The notes beneath the pieces were generated by a model that searched no databases, was not told the origin of the DNA, and saw only the letters and a list, made by a program, of their open reading frames with translations. A stretch of DNA of 64,000 nt from an uncultured delta proteobacterium (lineage in GTDB: Bacteria > Myxococcota > Kuafuiibacteriia > Kuafuiibacteriales > Kuafuiibacteriaceae), in the NCBI GenBank assembly GCA_963803435.1, contig CAWDML010000007.1:1-64000 (forward strand), read 5' to 3'. Made by a program: the position numbers and the translations under genes. Positions 50,059-60,468 of this stretch are shown in pieces; within the stretch, counting starts at the first letter, position 1; each line of letters starts with the position of its first letter.

Positions 50059-50937
50059 TCAGCTAACACCGCCTCGGTCGATCATCGCAAGACGGCAGGC
50101 GACCTCCATCGGAGGTGAGTGGATGGGCTTCGAGGTGTACGCGAGCCCCGACATGCCGCGGCGTCCTTTGATGATCCACTCCGAGCCGAGCGACCGCCGG
50201 ATCGGGCCGCGCCTGGTCTTGCCCGGCGGGCGTCGCACGACGGTGTCCGCCCACGACCAGCGGCGAAGCTCGTAGCGATAGGTCCAGCCGGAGCCCTCGC
50301 GAAAAGCCAGCAGGACCCGGTCCGCGTTCTTCGAGATCAATCGCGACATCCACGGACCCGGTAGCTCCGGCCCGCCGCGATCGTGCGACACCACCGCGAT
50401 GCGTCCGACCTCCTCGACGCTCGTCGCCCCCGAAGAGACATCGTCTCCCGCGCGGAGCAACGTCCGGTAGGCCTCTCCCCAGAGGTCCTCGCGCCGCTCG
50501 ATCGACGGCACCAGCTCGTCGAGCACTCTCAGCACGCGATCGTAGGAGGCCGCGTCTCCGCCGCCCGAGAGCGAAGCGATCGCAGACTCGAGCCAAAGCC
50601 CGCGATCGTCGGCCGGCCACTCGTCGAAGTCACCGCACTCGGCGGCCGCCACGATCACGGCCTCGTGCTCGAGTGCCAGCGCAGGTCGAAGCAGCGTCCA
50701 CACGGCGAGGACGCCGTCGGTGTCGAAGTGATTGTTGGTGACATGCTCGACGTCGTACGCGCCGCGCTCGCGAGCGAAGGCCAGCGCGATCTCCACCGAG
50801 GTGTCCCGCTTGAGATGGGCGGGCGTCCGGTTGCCCGACCAGTGGCTGAGATCGATCCGAGCTCCCGGGACCAGACCGTCACACGCGGCCGCGCCGCCGG
50901 GCGCCCGCTGACCCCAAGGCGCGAACGTGAACCGCAT
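50059..50937 (-). CDS. DUF6687-like (DHH-like) protein
   Basis: DG..LSHW..TP..DTS..NNHFDTDG..GDF. Confidence 0.65.
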   Translation of the reverse strand: MRFTFAPWGQRAPGGAAACDGLVPGARIDLSHWSGNRTPAHLKRDTSVEIALAFARERGAYDVEHVTNNHFDTDGVLAVWTLLRPALALEHEAVIVAAAECGDFDEWPADDRGLWLESAIASLSGGGDAASYDRVLRVLDELVPSIERREDLWGEAYRTLLRAGDDVSSGATSVEEVGRIAVVSHDRGGPELPGPWMSRLISKNADRVLLAFREGSGWTYRYELRRWSWADTVVRRPPGKTRRGPIRRSLGSEWIIKGRRGMSGLAYTSKPIHSPPMEVACRLAMIDRGGVS

Positions 50938-51087
50938 GCGCTCAGCCTCGGGCAGAGAGCCGGTCGAGGCAACCGCATCCCACGTCGTGTGAGGCCCTAC
51001 ATGGCCGAGACGACTGCGCCAATGCTGCCGGTGCCCCGTGATCGCGAACGCGCTTGCAATGCAGCATGCGCCTCGTGTGTTCAGTGA

Positions 51088-51965
51088 GTGTGAAACCAGC
51101 CGCTACCCCGCTGCTCACTCTGCTCCTGGGCTCCGCACTGGCGGTGCCCGCGAGCGCGCAGGATCTGCCCCCCGACTTCGACGACGGCGCCGAGGTTCAA
51201 GGCGGAGAGTCGAAGTCCGTCGAGCTCGGTGAAGACGTCTACTCCGGCGACGACCAAGACGACAATGACGACGACAGCCCCGGCGACACGCCCACCGTCG
51301 ACGACTTCCACCGTGACCTCTCACCGTACGGCCAGTGGGTCTCGACGCCCGAGTACGGCACGGTCTGGGTCCCGCATAACCGCGCGCCCGGATGGCGCCC
51401 TTACAGCTACGGCGAGTGGACCTATACGAGGCATGGCTGGACCTTCGTCTCCTACGATCCATGGGGCGCGGTCCCGTTCCACTACGGACGGTGGGTCTTC
51501 CGCGCCTCGCTGGGCTGGTGCTGGATCCCGGGCTACGAGTGGTCGCCCGCGTGGGTGAGCTGGCGCTACGGAGGCGGCTACGTGGCCTGGGCGCCGCTCG
51601 GCCCCGCCGGCCTTCGCGCCAGCTACTACACCGCGCCCTCACTCTGGATCGCCGTCCAGGGCGATCACTTCCGCCGTCCGCTGATCCGCCGCAACTTCGT
51701 GCCCACGGCGCGGGTCGGGGTCGTCTTCCACAACACGCGCGAGTACCGGAGCGCGCGCCAGGGACCCGCGAGCGACTACGTCGCCCGAATCACGCGTCGC
51801 CCTGTCCAGCGAGTGCACGTGGTTCGCCGCGCCCGGCCCTATCGCCGCAGCGGTTCGGTGACCGTCACCCGCCGTCCCGACGGCGAGCGCGAGATCCGAG
51901 TGAAGAAGGGCAAGACCGTGCGCGTGGAGCGCCGGGGCGGACATCATCGATCGCGGAAGAGATAG
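51088..51965 (+). CDS. DUF6600-like exported protein
   Basis: LSPYGQW..YGTVWVP..WRPY..PFHYGRW..WSPAWV; ORF open from 51054. Confidence 0.75.
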
Positions 51966-53054
51966 TACAAGAGCACGGCCATCGCGATCCCGAGGAGCAC
52001 GGCCAGGGCGATCTTCACCACGCTGTACGGCCGCTCTCCCACGCCCTCGCCCGTCCGCGCATTCACCAGGAAGCGGTAGACCTTGTCTCCGTAGCGGAAG
52101 CTCGAGATCCACAGCGGCAGAAGGAAGTGCTTGAAGCGCACGTTCGCGTGCTGCACCCGCATGCTCAGGATCCGCTGGTCGTCGCCGCCGATGTCGCGGC
52201 AGATGGAGGCCCGGATCGAGGGCGCCATCCGCTCCTGCGCCACCGTGAAGCCCTGCTCCAGATCGACCGCGTACCTCTCCGCGATGAAACCGCTGAGGAA
52301 AGCCGCTGCATAGGGTGTCAGCGCCGCCAGATCCCATGGCTCGAGCTCGTCGAGCAGCTTGCGCGGGAGCGACCTGGTCGCGGGCACCAGCACGTCGTCG
52401 AACGGCACGTACACGGTGCCGCCGGTGAAGCTCCACTTGGTCTTCCGTACGCGCCGTGTCCGCCGGTTGCCCTGAGCGTCTCGATAGCTCTCGTCGACGT
52501 AGTAGTAGGTCCCGCGCTGTCCCGTATAGCCGGTCGTGGTCTGGGAGTCGTAGGTCCAGTACGGAAGATAGACGCCCGTCATCCCGTCGCGGCGGGCGCG
52601 GGCGCTGAGAATCGTTCGGCGCGAACCAGCGACTCTTCAGCCAGGTGACCATCACGTCGCGCGCGTGCTTCGCCTCGATGTGGAACGGAAGCAGACTCTC
52701 GGGCGCGAACAGCTCGTCGTCGAGCTGCTCCACCACCACCGGTGAGTCGCAGAACGGGCACCGGCTCGCCTGCCCCTCCACCACCGAGCGCGCGCCGCAT
52801 CCCTCGCAGCGGACCTCCACGCCGTGGCTCATCAGCTGCCGCGCCTGGATGGTGCGCGCGCTCCGTCGCGCCTCCTCGAAGGAGTACTCGACGATCGGCC
52901 GCTGCTCCTGCTCGAACTGTTGCTTCGTCCCGCAGTAGGGGCACTCGAGGTGCGTGGTTCCGGGAGCGAACTCGAGCTTGGCGCCGCAGCTCTGACAGGG
53001 AAACTCGACGTGCTGCTGATCGGTGGTCGCCTCGATGCCCTCGGTCATGGGCAC
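51944..53054 (-). CDS. Zn-ribbon membrane-anchored protein (frameshift at ~52610)
   Basis: CQSC, CPYC, CEGC, CPFC; removing base 52610 joins FAPND to LSARARRDGMTGVYLPYWTYD..LLPLW..VNARTG. Confidence 0.75.
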
Positions 53055-53075
53055 GCAGTCTATCAGAAGCTCCCC

Positions 53076-54842
53076 TCAGGTTTGGATCACGAGCGGCTTC
53101 ACCGGCTCGAAGCGCAGAGCGGATAGACTGAGCGGAACGCGGGCGATCTCCAGCTCCAGCTGGGGCGCGTGGTGCGCGCCGAGCAGGGAGTCGGAGGCCT
53201 CGAACACGCCGGCGCTCGGATGGAGGACCAGCTCCACCGCGCGCCGTTCGGCTTTCACGCCCAGGAGCTGCGCGAAGAGCTCCGAGCGCTCCGTCTGCGA
53301 CGGCGCGATCACCAGCGGCACGCCCAATGCGCGCGCCTTCTCGACGGCGTGCTCGACGATCGCTGCCCGGAGCTCGGCGCGACTCACCGTCGAACGCCCT
53401 GGGAGATCGTGGGGGAAGTCGGCCTGCAGCATCTCGAGATACAGCATCGGCCGGCCCTGGGGCGTGGGGAGGAGCCGGATCACGGATCGCGCCGCCGAGG
53501 GCCAGCCCTCCTCGTCGACCACGATCGCGCCGTTTCGTCCGTTGGCCAGGAGCGGTAACAGACACTGCGAGAGCATGTCGAAGCCGTGGCTGGGACCTCC
53601 GATCTTCGTGACCCACATGAGGCCCGCGCCCTGTTCGTCGCGCGTGGTGAGCTTGCGACCGCTGCGAGAGATGCGCTCCACGCTGAGCGGCCGTCGGTAC
53701 GCCTCGAGCTGCTCGGGGCTGAGACATTCGAGCTGACGCCGACTCGCCTCGTTCGTGAAGCGCCACTCCTCGAAGTCGCCCTCGACGACGTGCTGCGTGA
53801 TCACCTCGACCACGCGATGCGACATCTCGTCGAGCTGCCGGCCGCTGAAGCCCTTCATGGGGACGTGGCCTCGATGATCGAGACACAGCGTCGCGTCGGC
53901 GAGCGCGCGCAGCGGGATGAAGAGATCGTCGTCGAGCGCCTTCGACACCGCGGCTGCGTTCGGCTTCCAGCCCGCGCTGACCTGGGGCGGGATCCCGAGC
54001 TGCGCAATGAGCTCGGCGACCATGGTCTCCTCGAGCGCGGCGACCGGATCCGGCTTCTGGAGCGCGGCGGCGATCGCGTCACCGAGCTCGACCTTCGACT
54101 GCTCGCGGCGCGGTTGCGATCGCCGATCGAAGTCGGGCCGATAGGCACGCCGTCGGTACCCGTCGTGGGTCTCGGGATAGCTCGACCCGCGCAGGCCGAA
54201 GCCGTCCCAGCCGGTGCCGAGCTTCGCGTAGTCGAGCATCGTCAGCGCCGAGTCGGCAATCAGGACGAGGGAGCCGAGCGTTCGGTCGAGCGCGTCGCTC
54301 GCGGGAAGCCGAGCGATCCGGTCCGCCAGCTCCGGCCGCGAGAGGAGCGCGCTCAGGGCCGCCGCCGCCCGTGGGACGGTCGCCACATCGGCCCGGACCA
54401 ACGCCACGGGGAACAGGTCGGCGGCCCTCGGGGCCCGCTCGGGCAAAGCCCTCGCACCCGACTCCGCTCGCAGGGCCTCGCTGCGCGCTTCGCTTGCCCT
54501 CGGGGCCCGCTCGGGCAAAGCCCTCGCACCCGACTCCGCTCGCAGGGCCTCGCTGCGCGCTTCGCTTGCCCTCGGGGCCCGCTCGGGCAAAGCCCTCGCA
54601 CCCGACTCCGCTCGCAGGGCCTCGCTGCGCGCTTCGCTTGCCCTCGGGGCCCGCTCGGGCAAAGCCCTCGCACCCGACTCCGCTCGCAGGGCCTCGCTGC
54701 GCGCTTCGCTTGCCCTCGGGGCCCGCTCGGGCAAAGCCCTCGCACCCGACTCCGCTCGCAGGGCCTCGCTGCGCGCTTCGCTTGCCCTCGGGGCAGTTCC
54801 AAGAGATCCGCGCCGCGACCGCCCTTGTCGACGGTGCTCCAA
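53076..54842 (-). CDS. Hypothetical protein; start uncertain because of the 72-bp repeat array
   Basis: Globular-looking ~450-aa region downstream of the array; GGGGGAG 8 nt before TTG 54842. Confidence 0.6.
   Translation of the reverse strand: MEHRRQGRSRRGSLGTAPRASEARSEALRAESGARALPERAPRASEARSEALRAESGARALPERAPRASEARSEALRAESGARALPERAPRASEARSEALRAESGARALPERAPRASEARSEALRAESGARALPERAPRAADLFPVALVRADVATVPRAAAALSALLSRPELADRIARLPASDALDRTLGSLVLIADSALTMLDYAKLGTGWDGFGLRGSSYPETHDGYRRRAYRPDFDRRSQPRREQSKVELGDAIAAALQKPDPVAALEETMVAELIAQLGIPPQVSAGWKPNAAAVSKALDDDLFIPLRALADATLCLDHRGHVPMKGFSGRQLDEMSHRVVEVITQHVVEGDFEEWRFTNEASRRQLECLSPEQLEAYRRPLSVERISRSGRKLTTRDEQGAGLMWVTKIGGPSHGFDMLSQCLLPLLANGRNGAIVVDEEGWPSAARSVIRLLPTPQGRPMLYLEMLQADFPHDLPGRSTVSRAELRAAIVEHAVEKARALGVPLVIAPSQTERSELFAQLLGVKAERRAVELVLHPSAGVFEASDSLLGAHHAPQLELEIARVPLSLSALRFEPVKPLVIQT
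54424..54794. repeat. Perfect tandem repeat, 72 bp x 5 plus 11 bp
   Basis: Unit GCCCTCGGGGCCCGCTCGGGCAAAGCCCTCGCACCCGACTCCGCTCGCAGGGCCTCGCTGCGCGCTTCGCTT at 54424, 54496, 54568, 54640, 54712. Confidence 0.95.
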
Positions 54843-54888
54843 GATAGCATCTCCCCCTACATATCGGGCGGTCGGGACGCGAAGTTGC

Positions 54889-55461
54889 TCAGGCCCGATT
54901 CCGGTACAGCCGGGCGTCGATGCGGTCCTTGGCCCGCTCGGGGTGGAAGCCGGGTCCGAGGAGGGCCGCGATCTTCTCGAGCTCGGCGGCCGGATCCGCC
55001 AGAACCCGGCCGTAGTTGACGTAGCGGACGCTGAGCTCGGACCGGCAATCGAGCCCCTCCATGACCTCCTCGAGGTGCGCGAAGAACATCGCCTTCATCT
55101 CGGCGTCGGAGGTGGTGTCGTACTCGCCGCGCCGCTCGAGCATCTTCCGCTGCGAGGCCAGGATCTCGTCGATGCTCCGGCGCATGAACAGCACCTGGTA
55201 GCGCCGGTCGGCCGGGAGGTGAAGCAACAGACGCGAGATGATCTTGACCGCCTTGCCCTCGCAGCCGGCGAGCCAGGACTGATCGTGCTCGAGCCTCTTC
55301 ACCTGCTCCAGCTCGAAGTACCCGCGCGGATTGTCCTCGTCGGCGCTGCGCTCACCGTCGGTGACGAGCGGAATTCCGCCCGCCTCCAGCATGGACATCA
55401 TCATGGATGTGCCGGAGCGCGGGAGGCCGGAGACGACGATGATCGCGTCGGCGGCCGGCAC
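54889..55461 (-). CDS. Sulfotransferase-family protein
   Basis: VSGLPRSGTSMMM (PAPS-binding loop), NPRGYFE. Confidence 0.85.
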   Translation of the reverse strand: MPAADAIIVVSGLPRSGTSMMMSMLEAGGIPLVTDGERSADEDNPRGYFELEQVKRLEHDQSWLAGCEGKAVKIISRLLLHLPADRRYQVLFMRRSIDEILASQRKMLERRGEYDTTSDAEMKAMFFAHLEEVMEGLDCRSELSVRYVNYGRVLADPAAELEKIAALLGPGFHPERAKDRIDARLYRNRA

Positions 55462-55778
55462 TATTCGATGTACCCCAGCCCGCGGAGACGCTCCTCGAGC
55501 TTGTTGGGATCGTGCTCGTTCTCCTCGTAGGCTCGCAGGCCGCGAAGGAGCAAGTGCTCGATCACCTCCTCGCGCGAGGAATAGCCGCGCTCCTCCACGA
55601 TCTGATCCAGCTGGGCGTCGACCTTCCGCGTCCGATCGACGAAGGCGAACTGCTCGACGCCCTTGTCGATGAAGAAGTCGGCGAGCTTCTCCGCACTGTC
55701 GAACTGGTGGCGCTCGGCGACACCCTGGAGGCGCGGAATGAGCTCCTTGGGAATCTTGATCTTTTTCTTGAACATCAC
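55461..55778 (-). CDS. Small ribbon-helix-helix-like protein with C-terminal RLRGLGYI motif
   Basis: Two RHH-like units (KIKIPKEL..; GYSSREE); operonic spacing. Confidence 0.7.
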   Translation of the reverse strand: MMFKKKIKIPKELIPRLQGVAERHQFDSAEKLADFFIDKGVEQFAFVDRTRKVDAQLDQIVEERGYSSREEVIEHLLLRGLRAYEENEHDPNKLEERLRGLGYIE

Positions 55779-55788
55779 GCCTCCTCCT

Positions 55789-57906
55789 TCACGGGCCCGA
55801 GACCAGGCTCACTCCGTCCATGTATCGCGGCGCCGGCACCCCGAAGAGATCGAGCAGCGTCGGCGCCAGATCCGAGATGGCCGGCTTCGAGCGGGGCTCG
55901 AAGGCCCGGTTGGCGAACATGACCCCGGGGACCAGCGACGGGTCGATGCAGTGATCACCGCTCCAGGACTTCTCATTGTCGTCGAAGACCACGCCGCCAG
56001 CGATCCCGCGCGCTCCGTCCCAGGAGTGACGCCAGCCCTCGGCGTAGCCGACGATCAGATCGGGCGCGTCTTCGGCGTAGGGCCCGTCGAAGATCGTGTG
56101 CGAGGCGTAGCAACGCTTGATGGCGACCCCGCCCACGCCCGGATCGACCAGCCCGGTGAGCTCGGCCGCCAGCCGATCCGCGAGCCGCTTCGCGTCCTGG
56201 GGCCGCACGATCCCCTTGGCCTCTCGCCCGCGCACGTTGAGGAAGATGCCCCCCAGCCCGATCGCGTAGGCGCGCGTCTTCGACCAGTCGACGCCCCGCA
56301 GCCACTCACCCGAGATCGACCTGCCCTCCTCGAGCACCAGGTAGCCGTTCTCCATCAGCCAGCTGTTGAGGTTCACCCCCCGCCGGAAGGTCTTGAATCC
56401 GTGGTCGGAGATGACCATCACCAGGTTGCGCGGGTCCTCGGGGTTCACCTTCTCGAGCACCTTGCCGATCATCGCGTCCAGCTTCGCGTAGGTGTCCTCG
56501 ATGACGGACGCCCAACGGGCATGGTCGGGAGAGAAGCGCCGCGCCGGGTGTCCGTCGTCGAGATAGCGCATGAACATGTGCTGGATCCGATCGCTACCGT
56601 CGAAGACGCAGGTCAGGAGGCCGCGCGGCGTTCGATCGAGCATCTCGAAGAACATCGCCTCGCGCTCCGCATGAAAGGCCCACGCCTGCTCGAGGAACGC
56701 CTGTTCGTCGAGCACGCGCTCGTTGAGCGCCCAGGTGTCCTCGGCCAGCCCCAGCGTGCCGAAGCGCCCGAGCAGCTTGGCGAGGAAGACCGAGAAGATC
56801 AGCGGATGCGAGATCGGAAGGACCGGCTTCGAGGGATCGATGTTGATCGGGCTCATGTAGAGCTTGAGCTCCGGCTCCAGCGACATCAGGCGGAAGCGAC
56901 AGATTCCGCGCAGCTTGAGCCCCAGGCCCATCTTGAAGGCGACCGAGACCCAGTCGCTGTACTGGCCGATCCCGATCCGGACCTTCTCGCCCTCGAGACG
57001 GAGCTCGACCGTCCGGTTCGCCCGATCCACCTCGATCTCGAGGGGAGCGTCGAGCCGCGACTCATCGGCGCGCAGGGGATTGGCAGGACCTGGGATGGCA
57101 GTGCGAGCCACCCCACCCTCGAGCTCGATGGTCACGCACTGACCGCCGATCGACTCGCCGTCGATCGCGGCGGTCGTGAAGTACGTGAACGTTCCTTGCG
57201 AACCCTGCAGATCGGGCACGCACATCGCCGAGAGCAACGTGCCGTCGAACTTTTGCGGCGGGAACGTGATCGGGACACGCAGGATCGAGCACGGCACCCG
57301 GTACTTGCCGAGGAGGTTCCAGAAGGGCGTGCTCTTTCGGTTCAAACGGATGCGCGGCTTGCCGAGCGGGACTCGCCACTTGCCGAGATCGAGATGGCGC
57401 GCCGGCGGGAGGACCTCGGCCGACGAGAGATCCGGGAGGTAGCTCTTCGGATCGCGCGTGAGGAAGTCGAAGATGCCGTGCTTCGAAGGGTTGACTCCGG
57501 TGGCGAAGGTGCTCCAGGCCACCGGCGACATCGCCGGATAGGTGGTCTCGAGCTTGGAGAACATGCCCATGGAGGCGAGGCGTGCGAGGTTGGGCAGGCG
57601 GCCGCGATCCATGAAGCGGCGCGCCAGATCGGGATCGAAGCCATCCAGGCCGACGACCACCGCGCGCTCGATCTGCGGCGGACGGGGGGGCCGCTGGCCG
57701 GTGAGGAGGCGATAGAGCTGCCGGATCGGGTAGAGAAACAGCGCGGACGCCGCGATCACCATGCTGACGAAGAGGCCGCCGATGGTGGTCAGGAACGCGA
57801 TCCCGGCGCCCGGGCCGACGTAGGCATCGGCTTCACCCGGCCACGCGATCGAGAGCAGCACCACCGCTGCCGAAGCGGCGGTCCACAACCGCAAGCTCTT
57901 TCGCAT
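55789..57906 (-). CDS. Alkaline-phosphatase-superfamily nucleotide pyrophosphatase/phosphodiesterase
   Basis: GLDG, SPVAWSTFATG, DRIQH, SDHG, WSGDH, DLAPT; N-terminal AYVGPGAG plus TM. Confidence 0.88.
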   Translation of the reverse strand: MRKSLRLWTAASAAVVLLSIAWPGEADAYVGPGAGIAFLTTIGGLFVSMVIAASALFLYPIRQLYRLLTGQRPPRPPQIERAVVVGLDGFDPDLARRFMDRGRLPNLARLASMGMFSKLETTYPAMSPVAWSTFATGVNPSKHGIFDFLTRDPKSYLPDLSSAEVLPPARHLDLGKWRVPLGKPRIRLNRKSTPFWNLLGKYRVPCSILRVPITFPPQKFDGTLLSAMCVPDLQGSQGTFTYFTTAAIDGESIGGQCVTIELEGGVARTAIPGPANPLRADESRLDAPLEIEVDRANRTVELRLEGEKVRIGIGQYSDWVSVAFKMGLGLKLRGICRFRLMSLEPELKLYMSPINIDPSKPVLPISHPLIFSVFLAKLLGRFGTLGLAEDTWALNERVLDEQAFLEQAWAFHAEREAMFFEMLDRTPRGLLTCVFDGSDRIQHMFMRYLDDGHPARRFSPDHARWASVIEDTYAKLDAMIGKVLEKVNPEDPRNLVMVISDHGFKTFRRGVNLNSWLMENGYLVLEEGRSISGEWLRGVDWSKTRAYAIGLGGIFLNVRGREAKGIVRPQDAKRLADRLAAELTGLVDPGVGGVAIKRCYASHTIFDGPYAEDAPDLIVGYAEGWRHSWDGARGIAGGVVFDDNEKSWSGDHCIDPSLVPGVMFANRAFEPRSKPAISDLAPTLLDLFGVPAPRYMDGVSLVSGP

Positions 57907-57937
57907 GGCCGCACCGTACCGAACTTGGGCTCGAGGG

Positions 57938-58828
57938 TCACGCCTGGGACGGTGGGGTCTTCCATCGGTCGTGAAACCACACCCACTCCGCGGGCTGCGC
58001 GCGGATCGCCGCCTCGATCTCGCGCGTGAACAGCGCGGTGGCCTCGACCTCGTCCATGTCGTCCAGCGCGAGCCGCGTGAGCCGGATGCGATGTCCGCCC
58101 GCCGGCTTGCGAGTGATGAACCCTGCGATCACCGGCGCTCGCCTCTTCAGCGCCAGCTGGGCCGCGGCGATCGGGGTCGCCGCCGGTCGGCCGAAGAACG
58201 GAACGTGCACCGACTGCACGCGCGTGTCCTGATCGACCAGGACCCCGAGCAGCGCGCCGCGCTTGAGCGCACCGAGGATCTTACGCGCGGCTCTCGGCTC
58301 TCCGCGATTGATCGTCTCGAGGGCCCCCGCTCGGCGCTGCTCGACCAGCCAGCGCCCGATGAAGGGGTTCGGGGCGTCCCGTGCGACGGTCGCGCCGTCG
58401 AAGCCGGATCGCAGGATACGTTGCGCCAGGAGCTCCCAGTTCCCGACATGCCCGGTGACGAACACCACCCCGCGACCCTCGGCATACGCGCTCTTCAGCA
58501 CCTCGAGGTCGGGCTCGGGCAGCTCCACGTAGGACTCGAAGCGCCGGCGGATCCGCGGCAGCATCGCGACCTCGACGGCCACCATCCCGATGCTCGCGTA
58601 CGCCGCCCGCGCCAGGCGGCGCGCCGCCTCCTCCTCGAGCCCGAGCGATGCGGCCGCCTGCGCGATCGCCCGCCGTCGGCCGGGGGCATCGACGAAAAAC
58701 GCGATCCGGCCGGTGATCCGCCCCAGCCAGAGCGCCAGCGGCATCGGCAGCACCAGGAGCACCGCGCCCAGCGACCGCGCCAACGCATACACCAGCCAGC
58801 GTTTGGCCCGCTTGTACCGGCGGCGCAT
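57938..58828 (-). CDS. Lipid A late acyltransferase (LpxL/HtrB family)
   Basis: TGHVGNWE, LVDQD, VPFFG, WVWFHDRWK. Confidence 0.9.
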   Translation of the reverse strand: MRRRYKRAKRWLVYALARSLGAVLLVLPMPLALWLGRITGRIAFFVDAPGRRRAIAQAAASLGLEEEAARRLARAAYASIGMVAVEVAMLPRIRRRFESYVELPEPDLEVLKSAYAEGRGVVFVTGHVGNWELLAQRILRSGFDGATVARDAPNPFIGRWLVEQRRAGALETINRGEPRAARKILGALKRGALLGVLVDQDTRVQSVHVPFFGRPAATPIAAAQLALKRRAPVIAGFITRKPAGGHRIRLTRLALDDMDEVEATALFTREIEAAIRAQPAEWVWFHDRWKTPPSQA

Positions 58829-58944
58829 CGAGCCCGAACGCTAGCACGGCGTCGGACCTGCAGCCGGCGCACTTCGGAAGGGCAGCTCCTGCAAGTCCCT
58901 CGACGCGCGGTGGGACGGCGCCGGCCCGCGCCAGGGTCTGAAGG

Positions 58945-58960
58945 TGGCGTGCGGCCTGCA
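58945..58960 (+). promoter_or_regulatory. Putative sigma54 promoter
   Basis: TGGCGTGCGGCCTGCA (GG-N10-GC) upstream of ATG 58977. Confidence 0.4.
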
Positions 58961-58976
58961 TCTATTTCGGAGCCGA

Positions 58977-60458
58977 ATGAGCAACGTCACCCTCTCGCGC
59001 GACGACTTCACGCATCTCAGCCGAAACGGCGGATACATCGACATCGATCACATGCCGAGGTCGCTCCGGGACACGTTCCACGACAACGGCATCACGGACG
59101 ACGAGCTCCGCGGTATTGCCGGGCAGGATCACGTCATTCGCGGCGAGGCGGAGTTCCGGCAGCTCTTCTCGCGGATCGATCGGCTCGACGGCGATCGTGA
59201 TCCCGCGCGCCTCACGATCGAGACTGGCGGCACCCGGACAGCCAGCGGGCGCGTGTTCGAGGCCGTGCGCAGCGACGTGGAGACGAACCGCGCCCGCGCC
59301 GCGCGCGAGGGCGGCGCGCGCTTCGCGGGGAACGCGGAGCTCGGCAACGTCGCCGACGGGCGCGCGACGCTCCAGGAGGGCTCCCGCGGCGACGGCGTGC
59401 GCTTGACCCAGCAGGCCCTGATCGACATCGGTGCGCTCCCCGAGGATCACGGCGTCACGGGCGTCTACGACGCGGCCACGGCCTCCGCAGTGCGCAGGTT
59501 CCAGCGCGACGCAGGGCTCTCGATCGACGGCCAGATCGGCGCCGACACCTACTCGGCGCTGGTCTCGAGCGCCCCGCCGCCCGGCCAGAAGATCGAGCGC
59601 TCGGCGGAGTACGATCGCCTCTACGCCGACGGCCGACTCGACGTGACGATGGCGGTCGGCTTCGACGAGGACGGCGCCAACGCCGGCACCGAGCGCTCGA
59701 TCCTGAGCGGCCTGCGCGCGCAGGGATACACGGTCCTCGATCCGAGCAGGATGAGCGCCGACGACCGGACGCGCTACGGCCTCACCGCCGATCGGTACGA
59801 TCCGAACGCGCGCTACTTCGCGCGCACCTTCCAGGATCCGCAGACGCACCGGGACGTCACCGCCGTGGTCCGACTGATCACGCCCGGGACGGACGGCGCG
59901 CGCGCGCGGGCCAGCTTCGAGCAGGCGCTCAGGCAGGACGAGGTCGTCATGTACAACGGCCACGCGCGCTACGGGACTGGTCCGGACTTCGACGCCAAGA
60001 CGAGCGGGGCCGGCAACTTCGTCATCGACGAGCACGGCAACCGCTCGCACGAACGACCGCCCGCGGGGCTGCGCGACTCGATCCGCGGACGCGGCACCGA
60101 CCTGACCACGCTGAGGCAGCGGCCGGACTATCAGCTGCTGGTCTTCGACGCCTGCAGCAGCGAGGAGTACCTCCACAACCTGCGGAACCCGAGCACCTTC
60201 CAGCGTTCGATGACCGACACGGACATCATCACCACCCAGACCCAGCCGAGATACATGTGGACCGGCCAGCCGGCGCTTCGCTTCCTCTCCGGACTCACCG
60301 GGCGGGAGTCGAACAACGCGATGTTCCGCGATCAGGCGACGATGGAGCAGGCCTACCTGCGGAGCCACGGTCTCGACTCCGAGGCGGACGCAGCCGGCCA
60401 CACGTTCGTCGACAGCGGATTCCTGGGGAACGCAGCGAACCGGACCCGGACGCGCTGA
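58977..60458 (+). CDS. Peptidoglycan-binding-domain protein with caspase-like His/Cys motifs
   Basis: LQEGSRGDGV..Q.AL..AVRRFQ..GLSIDGQIG; VMYNGH and LVFDACSS. Confidence 0.7.
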   Translation: MSNVTLSRDDFTHLSRNGGYIDIDHMPRSLRDTFHDNGITDDELRGIAGQDHVIRGEAEFRQLFSRIDRLDGDRDPARLTIETGGTRTASGRVFEAVRSDVETNRARAAREGGARFAGNAELGNVADGRATLQEGSRGDGVRLTQQALIDIGALPEDHGVTGVYDAATASAVRRFQRDAGLSIDGQIGADTYSALVSSAPPPGQKIERSAEYDRLYADGRLDVTMAVGFDEDGANAGTERSILSGLRAQGYTVLDPSRMSADDRTRYGLTADRYDPNARYFARTFQDPQTHRDVTAVVRLITPGTDGARARASFEQALRQDEVVMYNGHARYGTGPDFDAKTSGAGNFVIDEHGNRSHERPPAGLRDSIRGRGTDLTTLRQRPDYQLLVFDACSSEEYLHNLRNPSTFQRSMTDTDIITTQTQPRYMWTGQPALRFLSGLTGRESNNAMFRDQATMEQAYLRSHGLDSEADAAGHTFVDSGFLGNAANRTRTR

Positions 60459-60468
60459 GGGAGAGAAC

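Noticed and set aside
54424-54794. CRISPR array
   Set aside because: Units are identical end to end with no variable spacers, and no cas genes are present
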